From NCBI GenBank assembly GCA_963754875.1, contig CAVWHO010000010.1, positions 256,001 through 320,000 on the forward strand: 64,000 bases of DNA, written 5' to 3'. A program made the translations under genes and the position numbers. The DNA is from Nitrospirota bacterium (GTDB lineage Bacteria; Nitrospirota; UBA9217). The stretch's first letter is position 1. Each line of letters starts with the position of its first letter. Below are positions 41,516 through 49,650 of the stretch, in pieces. Under the pieces are notes generated by a model. That model was given only the letters and a program-made list of their open reading frames with translations. It had not been told where the DNA came from and made no database searches.

Positions 41516-42268
41516 CTGAGACAGAATTCGCTCTTTAATAGGGTCGCGCTCGTCACGGGCGGGACGAGGGGTATCGGCCGGGCCATAGTCCTTGCTGTCT
41601 GTGGCGAGGGTGCTGATTGCGCATTTACGTTTACCAAAGACCATGCGGCAGCAGACTCCCTCGTTGAAGAAATCATTCGAATGGGCAGAAAGGCACTGCC
41701 CTTTCAACTTGATGCGCGGGATTTTGACGGCGCTAAAACGCTCGTTGACGAGGTGAAGAAACAGTTCGGAAGGCTCGATATCCTCGTCAACAACGCGGGA
41801 ATAACAAAGGACAAGTCCCTCATGATGATGAACAAGGAGGACTGGTCCGAAGTAATAGACATTAATCTTACCGGCGTTTTTAACACTGCACGAGCCTGTA
41901 TCATCACCTTTCTCAAACAAAAAAGCGGGAACATCGTGAACATGTCATCAGTCAGCGGCATACACCCGCTCCCCGGCCAGGTCAACTACGCGGCGGCAAA
42001 GGCAGGCGTGATCGGCTTTACCAAATCGCTGGCCAAGGAAGTGGCTCCCTATAACATCAGGGTCAATGCCGTTGCTCCCGGCTTTATCAACACGGAGATG
42101 ACGGCAACGCTCAGCGAAAAAAACAGGGAAAGATTTTTGAACATGATACCGCTCCACAGATTCGGGTCCTCCGATGAAGTGGCGAAGGCAGTACTTTTTT
42201 TGCTCAGTGACGAATCCCGGTACATAACCGGGCAGGTACTGCAGCTCGATGGGGGGTTGGGGATTTAA
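41516..42268 (+). CDS. fabG: 3-oxoacyl-ACP reductase (SDR), probable CTG start
   Basis: In-frame VALVTGGTRGIG upstream of the ORF-track ATG; NNAG, YAAAK, NAVAPGFI. The only start-like codon after the stop at 41486-41488 is CTG at 41516, preceded by GGGAG. Confidence 0.88.
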   Translation: MRQNSLFNRVALVTGGTRGIGRAIVLAVCGEGADCAFTFTKDHAAADSLVEEIIRMGRKALPFQLDARDFDGAKTLVDEVKKQFGRLDILVNNAGITKDKSLMMMNKEDWSEVIDINLTGVFNTARACIITFLKQKSGNIVNMSSVSGIHPLPGQVNYAAAKAGVIGFTKSLAKEVAPYNIRVNAVAPGFINTEMTATLSEKNRERFLNMIPLHRFGSSDEVAKAVLFLLSDESRYITGQVLQLDGGLGI

Positions 42269-42275
42269 TCCAGTA

Positions 42276-43508
42276 ATGAGCCGAAGAATAGTAATTACCG
42301 GCATCGGAGTTCTCTCGCCTATTGCGATCGGCAGAGAAGCATACTGGGAAGGATTGCGCCAGGGCAAAACGGGATTTCGCCCGGTGACTCTCTTTGACAC
42401 TGCACCTTTTCGTGTCCACCTCGCAGGAGAGGTCCCTGATTTTGATGCGGTTTCATTCCTCGGCAAGAAAGGCCTGCGGGACCTCGACAGGAGCACAAAA
42501 TTGGTATGCTCTGCCGCCAAACTCGCCATAGAGGACAGTAACCTTGAGATAACCGAGGCGAGTACCCACACCACGGGGGTCACCATCGGAACGACGTTTG
42601 GGAGTCTCCACAGCATCTCACAGTTCGACCGCTCGGGCCTCATCGAAGGGCCGCGGTCAGTCAATCCCTCGCATTTCCCGAACACCGTGATTAACTCTCC
42701 TGCCAGCCAGGTGTCCATCCGGTTTAAGATAAAAGGGTTCAACACCACCATTTCAACGGGTTTCTGCGCCAGCCTCGACGCCGTCTCTTATGCCACGGAC
42801 TTCATACGGCTAAACAGGGCCGACGTTGTCCTTGCCGGCGGGGTTGAAGAATTGTGCGAGGAAACCTTCATGGGATTTCATAACCTCGGTTATCTGTCGG
42901 GTGGAGACGGCTCGGAGCCCCGCTGTTGTCCCTTCGACGCCCGAAGGAACGGAACCATTTTGTCCGAAGGAGCGGCCATTCTGGTCCTAGAGGATGAGGA
43001 ACATGCGGTGAAAAGAGGCGCGACAATTCTCGCAAGCGTTCTGGGGTACGGCAATGCCTTTGATCCTTCGGCAGACAGCTCCTTCGATCATGCAGGACAA
43101 GGGTTAAAAAATGCCAGTACTCAAGCCTTGAAAGATTCCTCTCTCAATCCGAAAGACATAGACTATATCTGCGGCTGCTCCAATTCAACGAAGGGGCTGG
43201 ACAGAATGGAGACAAGGACCATAAAGGAACTTTTCGGCGAACATGCCTTCAAAATACCTGTCAGTTCAATAAAGTCCATGGTTGGAGAATGCTATTCGGC
43301 TTCCGGCGCGCTATCGCTCGCTGCAGCAGTAGGCGCGCTCCGTAACGCATTCATCCCACCCACAGTAAATTATCATGAACGGGATCCTGAGTGCGATCTC
43401 GATTATGTCCCCGGCAAGGCACGGCAAAAGCAGATAGAGAATGTACTTGTAATTGCAGCAGACCCATACGGCCAGAATACCGCCATCGTACTAGGTCGAC
43501 ACGCCTAG
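42276..43508 (+). CDS. Non-catalytic ketosynthase-like subunit (chain-length-factor type)
   Basis: Full FabF fold but STGFCAS, YICGCSNST and KSMVGEC replace STACAAG, YISAHGTGT and KSMLGH; the Cys-His-His triad is lost. Confidence 0.85.
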   Translation: MSRRIVITGIGVLSPIAIGREAYWEGLRQGKTGFRPVTLFDTAPFRVHLAGEVPDFDAVSFLGKKGLRDLDRSTKLVCSAAKLAIEDSNLEITEASTHTTGVTIGTTFGSLHSISQFDRSGLIEGPRSVNPSHFPNTVINSPASQVSIRFKIKGFNTTISTGFCASLDAVSYATDFIRLNRADVVLAGGVEELCEETFMGFHNLGYLSGGDGSEPRCCPFDARRNGTILSEGAAILVLEDEEHAVKRGATILASVLGYGNAFDPSADSSFDHAGQGLKNASTQALKDSSLNPKDIDYICGCSNSTKGLDRMETRTIKELFGEHAFKIPVSSIKSMVGECYSASGALSLAAAVGALRNAFIPPTVNYHERDPECDLDYVPGKARQKQIENVLVIAADPYGQNTAIVLGRHA

Positions 43509-43575
43509 CACGCAGTGCATGCAGCAAGAAGTCTGACTTTTTTTGCACTCTGCACATGCCGAGATCAGGTGAACG

Positions 43576-44016
43576 ATGCAGCTTGACTTTGAAGAGATAC
43601 AGAAACTCATACCTCAGCGATTTCCCTTCATCATGGTCGACAGGGTCCTTGAGGTCGAACCGGGGAAACACGCAATTGCCGTGAAGAATATTTCAGGCAA
43701 TGATATGGTTTTTCTCGGCCATTTTCCGGAAAAGGCCATCATGCCCGGCGCACTCATCCTCGAGGCAATGGCGCAGACCGCCATCATTCTATTTGCGACA
43801 GACAGAAAAAACGAGAACGCTGACAAAAAACCGCTGTATTACTTCGGGTCGGTCAAGGCGCGATTTCTCCACCCTGCGGTACCCGGTGACCAGTTAAAGA
43901 TTAAGGTCGTAAATGTTAAATTCCTGCCGAATGGTGCCTATGTGTCGGGCGAGGCATTTGTCGACGATAAAAAAATAGCCGAGGCGGAATTGGTATTCAG
44001 CATAAAGAATGAATAA
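43576..44016 (+). CDS. fabZ: 3-hydroxyacyl-ACP dehydratase
   Basis: LIPQRFPFIMVDRV, FLGHFP, MPGALILEAMAQ, PGDQL. Confidence 0.93.
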   Translation: MQLDFEEIQKLIPQRFPFIMVDRVLEVEPGKHAIAVKNISGNDMVFLGHFPEKAIMPGALILEAMAQTAIILFATDRKNENADKKPLYYFGSVKARFLHPAVPGDQLKIKVVNVKFLPNGAYVSGEAFVDDKKIAEAELVFSIKNE

Positions 44017-45226
44017 GAGAGTCGTCATAACAGGCTTGGGAGTCATATCTTCCATTGGTATCGGCAAAGACGCATTCTGGGACAGTCTGCTTCAGGGAAA
44101 GTCCGGCATAAGCCCTGTTACTGCCTTTGATACGACAAGCCATTTTACCCATAATGGAGGTGAGATAAAAAATTTTCATCCTGAAGAGTTCATCCTGAAG
44201 AAGCGGTTAAAGTTTATGAACCGTGCTACGCAAATGGTATTGGCTTCAACAAAACTTGCTTTGGAAGATGCAACATTAACTCGTGAACAACTAGTGGGCT
44301 ATCGGGTTGGAGTTTCTCAAGGAACAACAATGGGTGCAATCCATGCGATAGAAGAAATTGATCAAAGGCTTGTTAAGTCTGAGACGGTAGATAGGGAATT
44401 ATTATGTCAGTTGCCTACGCATACGGTACCCTCAGCAATTGCTCGTGAACTGTCATTGTATGGTCCTAATGTTATGTTTTCCACAGCGTGTGCTGCTGGC
44501 AATTATTCTATCGCTTACGCCTATGATCTAATCAGACTGAATAGAGCAGATATGGCGATTGCTGGAGCGTCGGATCCGTTTTCCCGAATCGAATTTACGG
44601 GTTTCAACCAGTTTTCGGCGGTCGCTCCTGAGAAATGTCAGCCTTTTGATAAAAACAGGAAGGGTATGATCTTGGCTGAAGGGGCTGGCACGCTTATACT
44701 AGAATCTCTAGAAAACGCCTTAAATAGAAAAGCCAACATTTATGCTGAAATTGGAGGCTATGGCCTTAGTTGCGATGCTCATCATATGACAAATGCTTCT
44801 ATCGAAGGAATTGCGGAGTGTATGCGAAAGGCATTACGGGAGGCAAAGATTTCCGTGGATCAAGTGGACTATATCAGCGCCCACGGTACGGGAACACGAG
44901 CAAATGATCGCGCAGAATGTGCGGCCATTAAAGAGGTCTTTGGGACACGGTATAGAGGAATTCCTATTAGTTCCATCAAGTCTATGCTCGGCCATACCAT
45001 GGGTGCAGCTTCTGCTTTAGAGGCAATTGCTTGTGCCCTTGCCGTAACCAATAATGTAATACCTCCGACGATAAATTTTGAGACGATAGACCCTGAATGC
45101 GACATTGATTGTGTGCCGAATCAAGCAAGAAAACACACTGTTAATATAGCCTTAAATAATTCATATGCTTTTGGTGGCAATAATGCTTGCCTGGTCTTAA
45201 AAAAAATAGCGGCTAAGGAGGATTAA
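44009..45226 (+). CDS. fabF: Beta-ketoacyl-ACP synthase II-like, catalytically intact
   Basis: STACAAG, AHGTGT, KSMLGHT, NSYAFGGNNA. Confidence 0.92.
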   Translation: MNKRVVITGLGVISSIGIGKDAFWDSLLQGKSGISPVTAFDTTSHFTHNGGEIKNFHPEEFILKKRLKFMNRATQMVLASTKLALEDATLTREQLVGYRVGVSQGTTMGAIHAIEEIDQRLVKSETVDRELLCQLPTHTVPSAIARELSLYGPNVMFSTACAAGNYSIAYAYDLIRLNRADMAIAGASDPFSRIEFTGFNQFSAVAPEKCQPFDKNRKGMILAEGAGTLILESLENALNRKANIYAEIGGYGLSCDAHHMTNASIEGIAECMRKALREAKISVDQVDYISAHGTGTRANDRAECAAIKEVFGTRYRGIPISSIKSMLGHTMGAASALEAIACALAVTNNVIPPTINFETIDPECDIDCVPNQARKHTVNIALNNSYAFGGNNACLVLKKIAAKED

Positions 45227-45234
45227 TTATAACA

Positions 45235-45474
45235 ATGCCAGAAAATGTGGAAAAAGAAATAGCTTCGATAATCTCAGAGGTATCAGGACTTGATCCAGAA
45301 GAGATCACACCTGAAAAAAATTTTTTTAAAGATCTTGAAATCGACTCTATAAAAGCTATCGAGATTACCGTGGCAATTGAGAAAAAATTTAAAATATCAG
45401 TAAGAGATGAAGACGTCCCTAAAATAACAACCGTTAAAGAGGCCGTAGAACTCGTAAATAAATTAGTAAACTAG
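45235..45474 (+). CDS. Acyl carrier protein
   Basis: Acidic 79 aa, DLEIDSIKAIEI (phosphopantetheine Ser), IEKKFKI; AAGGAGG RBS. Confidence 0.93.
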   Translation: MPENVEKEIASIISEVSGLDPEEITPEKNFFKDLEIDSIKAIEITVAIEKKFKISVRDEDVPKITTVKEAVELVNKLVN

Positions 45475-45487
45475 GGAAGTATCTCGC

Positions 45488-46925
45488 ATGCTAAAGACTA
45501 ATAAAGATGCTTATGATGCGGTGATCATCGGGGCTGGAATCAGCGGCCTAGTATGTGCCTGCTACCTTGCAAAGGGTGGCATGAAAATTCTTCTCGTAGA
45601 ACAACATCATAAAACGGGAGGGTACTGTACTTCCTTTAAAAGAAAAAATTATAATTTCGATGCCGCGGCCCATTCTTTTGGCAGCTACCGTGAGGGCGGC
45701 ATAATGAGAAAGATTTTGAGAGACTTGGAGGTGGACAAGAAACTCGGCATCCGGCGATATGATCCTTCAGATATTATTCTTGCGCCTGGTTATAAAATCA
45801 GTTTCTGGGCTGACAATCGCAAAACAATAAGTGAATTACAGGTGGCATTTCCTCATGAGGCTGCTGGAATAAGCAGTTTTTTTCATTTTTTACAGAGGTT
45901 CAGGTCCTTTTCAAATGGCGACCTTGCGAAACAAAACTTTCAAAGATCTTTTAGATCAGTATATTACAGACGACCGGTTAAAAGCGATTCTTTCGTTTCC
46001 CATATTAGGAAATGGTGGCTTGCCATCGTCACTGATTTCAGCCTTTACGGCTACAATATTGTACACCGAGTTTTATCTTGATGGTGGATATTATCCTGAG
46101 GGTGGTATGCAAGCGTTACCGGATGCTCTTGCAACCAGGTTTAAGGAACTTGGTGGCGAGTTAAGGCTCTCATGCCCTGCAAAAAAAATTAAAGTTGAGT
46201 ACAATAAAACTGTTAGTGTGGTTGTTGGCGATGGTGAAGTCGTATCTACCAGATACGTAATATCTTGTTGCGACGCACGACAAACGTTTTTGAAGCTTGT
46301 GTCTTCTACAGCCTTGAATAATGATTTTTCGCGTACCATTCGAAAATTGCAGCCTTCTCCATCGTTTTTTATTGCCTATCTCGGCACCGATGGCTCCCCC
46401 CTGCCTTCATTGGAGCCTGGAGCCAGTGTATGGGTCATGCCAGATTATAAGATTGAAGCATTGTATGGTTCGTATATTAAGAAGAACGCTGTTGATAGTG
46501 CATCGGCCTTTATGCTTCGCGTCCCTCCTGATAATAGAAGTCTGCAGGCGTTTATCATTGCGCCCTATAAGAGCAAGCAATATTGGCGCAATAATAAACG
46601 TGAAGTCCTGGAGAACTTTGTTGCGAGAATCGACAGAATTTTCCCGGGTTTGTCCCCTCATATTCAGTACCGGGAAGCGGCTACGCCTTACACACTATAC
46701 CGATACACCTTAAACTATGAGGGTGCAGCGTATGGGTGGGCAAGTATGCCTTCGCAGTTGTTCAGTCGAGGTTTAATGCAGACGACGCCCATTGAAAATT
46801 TATACTTAGCTGGCCACTGGACTACGCAGACGCAGGGGATTTCCGGTGCAGCTTATATAGGGAATGAAACAGCAAAGTTGGTTCTTAAAAAAGCGAAATC
46901 CCAGAGGGTTGTCGTACCTGTTTAA
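45488..46925 (+). CDS. FAD-dependent oxidoreductase, phytoene desaturase-like family, frameshifted near 45880-45910
   Basis: IIGAGISGL...EQH...GGYC in ORF 45488-46081; YYPEGGMQAL, ATPYT..RYTLN..GAAYG, NLYLAGHWT in ORF 45915-46925; the break is near T7/T6 runs. Confidence 0.88.
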
Positions 46926-46937
46926 TATAAGAACTTT

Positions 46938-49091
46938 ATGGATAAAAAAAAGCTTTACATAGAAGAGAAGTTCAGCGAACTGTCAAAATTCTGGCTTGGC
47001 ACGGTCCTTCTAATCGGCTCTGGACTTTTTTTGTTGCTAGGTGTTATGGATTATATAAGTACGCCAGAAAATTTTAGCAAGTTTATCATGTACAGACTTT
47101 TCGTCTCCATCTCCCTTGTCATATTGCATTTCTTCTCCAAAAAAATTTCCAATAGAAGACATTTCCTCATCATTTTTTCATTGGCAGTCATAATCTCTGC
47201 ATTCAGTATCGAACTCATGATACTCGACTTCGGCGGTCATCAATCTCCTTATTATGTGGGGCTGATTATTTTAGTTGTTTGCGTTTTTCTGATCCCGATT
47301 GATCTTGCTTTCTCATTATGGGGAATCAGCCTGATATATTTTATATATTTAGTACCTACTGTACTTTTCGACCATATAATCCATTATCGCGTTTTTTTTA
47401 CTTCCAATGCCTTCATGCTCTCATTCTTTGTCATAGCCGCCATTTGGCGCTATTGGAATCAGAGAAGTATTATCAACGAATTGTCGCTTCAGTACGATCT
47501 TGAGCAGCAGAATAAAAAACTCGAAAGCTACTCCGTCCAGCTCAAAGCCATGGTCGAAGACAGGACAAAAGAACTGGTCAAGTCTGAACAGTGGCACCGG
47601 TCTCTTGTTGACAATGCAACTGACGGGATCGTCGTCCTCGACAGAAACGGCATGATCATCAATGTAAATGATAAGGCCTGTGAAATGCACGGATTTACCC
47701 ATGAAGCGCTGGTTGGCACCCACGTCAAGCTTCTTGAATCAGACAGCAAGAAAGAAGAGATGGCCGAAAGAATGAACCGCATCCTGAATGGCGAGAGCCA
47801 GGTCTTCGAATCCGTGCACAACAAAAAAGATGGAACGCCTTTGTATCTTGAGATCAGTTCTACGGCGATCACCATCGGCGATGAGCTGTTCATTCAGTCC
47901 TTTTACCGTGATATTACTGAAAAGAAAAAACTCCAAGAATATCTTTTCCAATCCCAAAAAATGGATTCGATCGGCGTTCTCGCCGGCGGCATTGCCCACG
48001 ACTTCAACAATATCCTGACGGCAATTCTCGGTCATGCGTCAATCATGCGCCGCAGTGTCTTGGAGGACAAGGCCATGCACAGCCTGAACGTGATCGAAGA
48101 TGCCTCGCGTAGGGCGGGGAGGATGATCTCAAAGCTTCTCGGCTTCGCGCGCAAGAGCAACTATGAATTCGTGCCGCTCGATCTGAACGATATCGTCTAC
48201 GAGACGGTGAAGCTTCTCGAAAAGGTCATTGACGCGAAGATCAGCATCAGTGTTGACCTCGACAACCGCCTTCCGTCCATCCAGGGAGATATGAACCATA
48301 TCGAACAGGTCGTTATGAACCTCATTGTCAACGCCCGCGACGCCATGCCGAACGGCGGCCGCATCGTCATCAAGACGACAGCGGTAGAAATCGTCAAGGG
48401 CATGCCTGACGTGCCGCCTTACGTCCTGCCCGGAACGTATGTTCTGCTGAGCCTGACAGATACGGGTACGGGCATGTCCAAAGACGTCTTGGGCAAGATC
48501 TTCGAGCCGTTTTATACGACGAAGGAACGCGGAAAAGGCACAGGCCTCGGCCTGTCTATGGTCTATGGGACCATTAAGGAACACAAGGGATACATTACGG
48601 TACAGAGTGAACTGGGCATGGGAACCGTCTTTACCATCTATCTTCCCGCCTCAATAGCCGCCGTTCGAACGGAAGTGAAGAGACCGGAAACTTCTGTCAG
48701 CGGGCATGAAACAGTACTGATCGTCGACGATGAGCATGATATCTTGGGAGCGATGCAGGAGACCCTCTCGAGCCGTGGTTACAGAGTGTTTGCGGTCAAC
48801 GATCCAAGTTCGGCTATCGACCTAGTAAAAAAGATGCCGCACGAAATAGACCTGGTGATAACGGACATCGTCATGCCCCGGTTAAACGGCAAAGAGCTTA
48901 TCAGCCAGATAAAAACGATCAACGCCGACGTCAAGGTCCTTGCCATCTCCGGGTATACAAAATATGTCTCGCAGACAGATGAGATCGGGGAGATCAACGG
49001 ATTTCTGCAGAAGCCCTTCGAGTCATACTACCTGCTGTCCGTGGTACGACGCATTCTCGATGCTCGACCCAATGATTTGGTCAAGACGTGA
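46938..49091 (+). CDS. Hybrid sensor histidine kinase (multi-TM input, PAS, HisKA, HATPase, REC)
   Basis: About 5-6 TM with GGHQSPYYVGL; AGGIAHDFNNIL, NLIVNARDAM, GKGTGLGL; receiver LVITDIVMP...KPF. Confidence 0.95.
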   Translation: MDKKKLYIEEKFSELSKFWLGTVLLIGSGLFLLLGVMDYISTPENFSKFIMYRLFVSISLVILHFFSKKISNRRHFLIIFSLAVIISAFSIELMILDFGGHQSPYYVGLIILVVCVFLIPIDLAFSLWGISLIYFIYLVPTVLFDHIIHYRVFFTSNAFMLSFFVIAAIWRYWNQRSIINELSLQYDLEQQNKKLESYSVQLKAMVEDRTKELVKSEQWHRSLVDNATDGIVVLDRNGMIINVNDKACEMHGFTHEALVGTHVKLLESDSKKEEMAERMNRILNGESQVFESVHNKKDGTPLYLEISSTAITIGDELFIQSFYRDITEKKKLQEYLFQSQKMDSIGVLAGGIAHDFNNILTAILGHASIMRRSVLEDKAMHSLNVIEDASRRAGRMISKLLGFARKSNYEFVPLDLNDIVYETVKLLEKVIDAKISISVDLDNRLPSIQGDMNHIEQVVMNLIVNARDAMPNGGRIVIKTTAVEIVKGMPDVPPYVLPGTYVLLSLTDTGTGMSKDVLGKIFEPFYTTKERGKGTGLGLSMVYGTIKEHKGYITVQSELGMGTVFTIYLPASIAAVRTEVKRPETSVSGHETVLIVDDEHDILGAMQETLSSRGYRVFAVNDPSSAIDLVKKMPHEIDLVITDIVMPRLNGKELISQIKTINADVKVLAISGYTKYVSQTDEIGEINGFLQKPFESYYLLSVVRRILDARPNDLVKT

Positions 49092-49333
49092 CAGCCGTGT
49101 TTCCCGAAAAGTGTGTGTTTTATAGGTGCAGATTTGCGGTGTGTGGATTGGATGAATTGGGGTCATCGTCGGCCGAGATCGCACTCATGTGCGCGTGAGT
49201 ACGGCCGTCATTGCTCGTGCGTGCGGTCAAGTGAGAGGGACAGGAATTAATGAAAAGTCCATTTCAGACACAATGTACCGCCTGTTTCTTTCTATTTGGA
49301 GAATTCGGTCAGAAACCCGTAAATTATGAAAAG

Positions 49334-49353
49334 TAGTGCCGCTGACCGGAATC
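49334..49353 (-). repeat. Short degenerate copy of the tRNA-Leu 3' end (att-like scar)
   Basis: tagtgccgctgaccggaatc, 18/20 identical to 52112-52131. Confidence 0.75.
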
Positions 49354-49482
49354 TCACTCGATTTGCTTCCCGATGAGGCCTGCCCCCTAAGGTGCTCCCC
49401 CGAAGCATGGGGTATCTTTCACCCTATTCTCCCCGTTGTTCAACCCCGCTCAGCAGAGAACAAGTAGGCAAGGAGGAATTAA

Positions 49483-49522
49483 TAGTGCCGCTGACCGGGA
49501 TCGAACCGGCAGGACAGTTGCC
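49483..49522 (-). repeat. 40-bp copy of the tRNA-Leu 3' half (att-like site)
   Basis: 37/40 identical to 52112-52151, same orientation. Confidence 0.9.
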
Positions 49523-49650
49523 GGTGATGAAATAGATGAAAACGGTGCACTCGCCCTGCATAACCCTGTGCAGATGGATATCGGATAAAAAGTTTTTGCG
49601 ATAGCGGTGTCCGCTCTTCGGCGTATTCCGAAGGGACAAGGAGGTAAGTC

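Noticed and set aside
41516..45474. Housekeeping fatty acid synthesis operon
   Set aside because: No plsX, fabH or fabD; includes a catalytically dead KS and an atypical ACP
40314..46925. Ladderane or aryl polyene biosynthetic cluster
   Set aside because: It shares KS, ACP, FabZ and oxidoreductase parts, but has no radical SAM enzymes and none of the ligase, acyltransferase, glycosyltransferase or transport genes of aryl polyene loci; the direct coupling to kinases fits a signal better
45488..46925. Carotenoid biosynthesis (crtI)
   Set aside because: No phytoene synthase or other crt genes; context is acyl-ACP chemistry
49483..49522. A second tRNA gene
   Set aside because: Only the 3' half is present; no D arm or anticodon arm, and CCA is mutated
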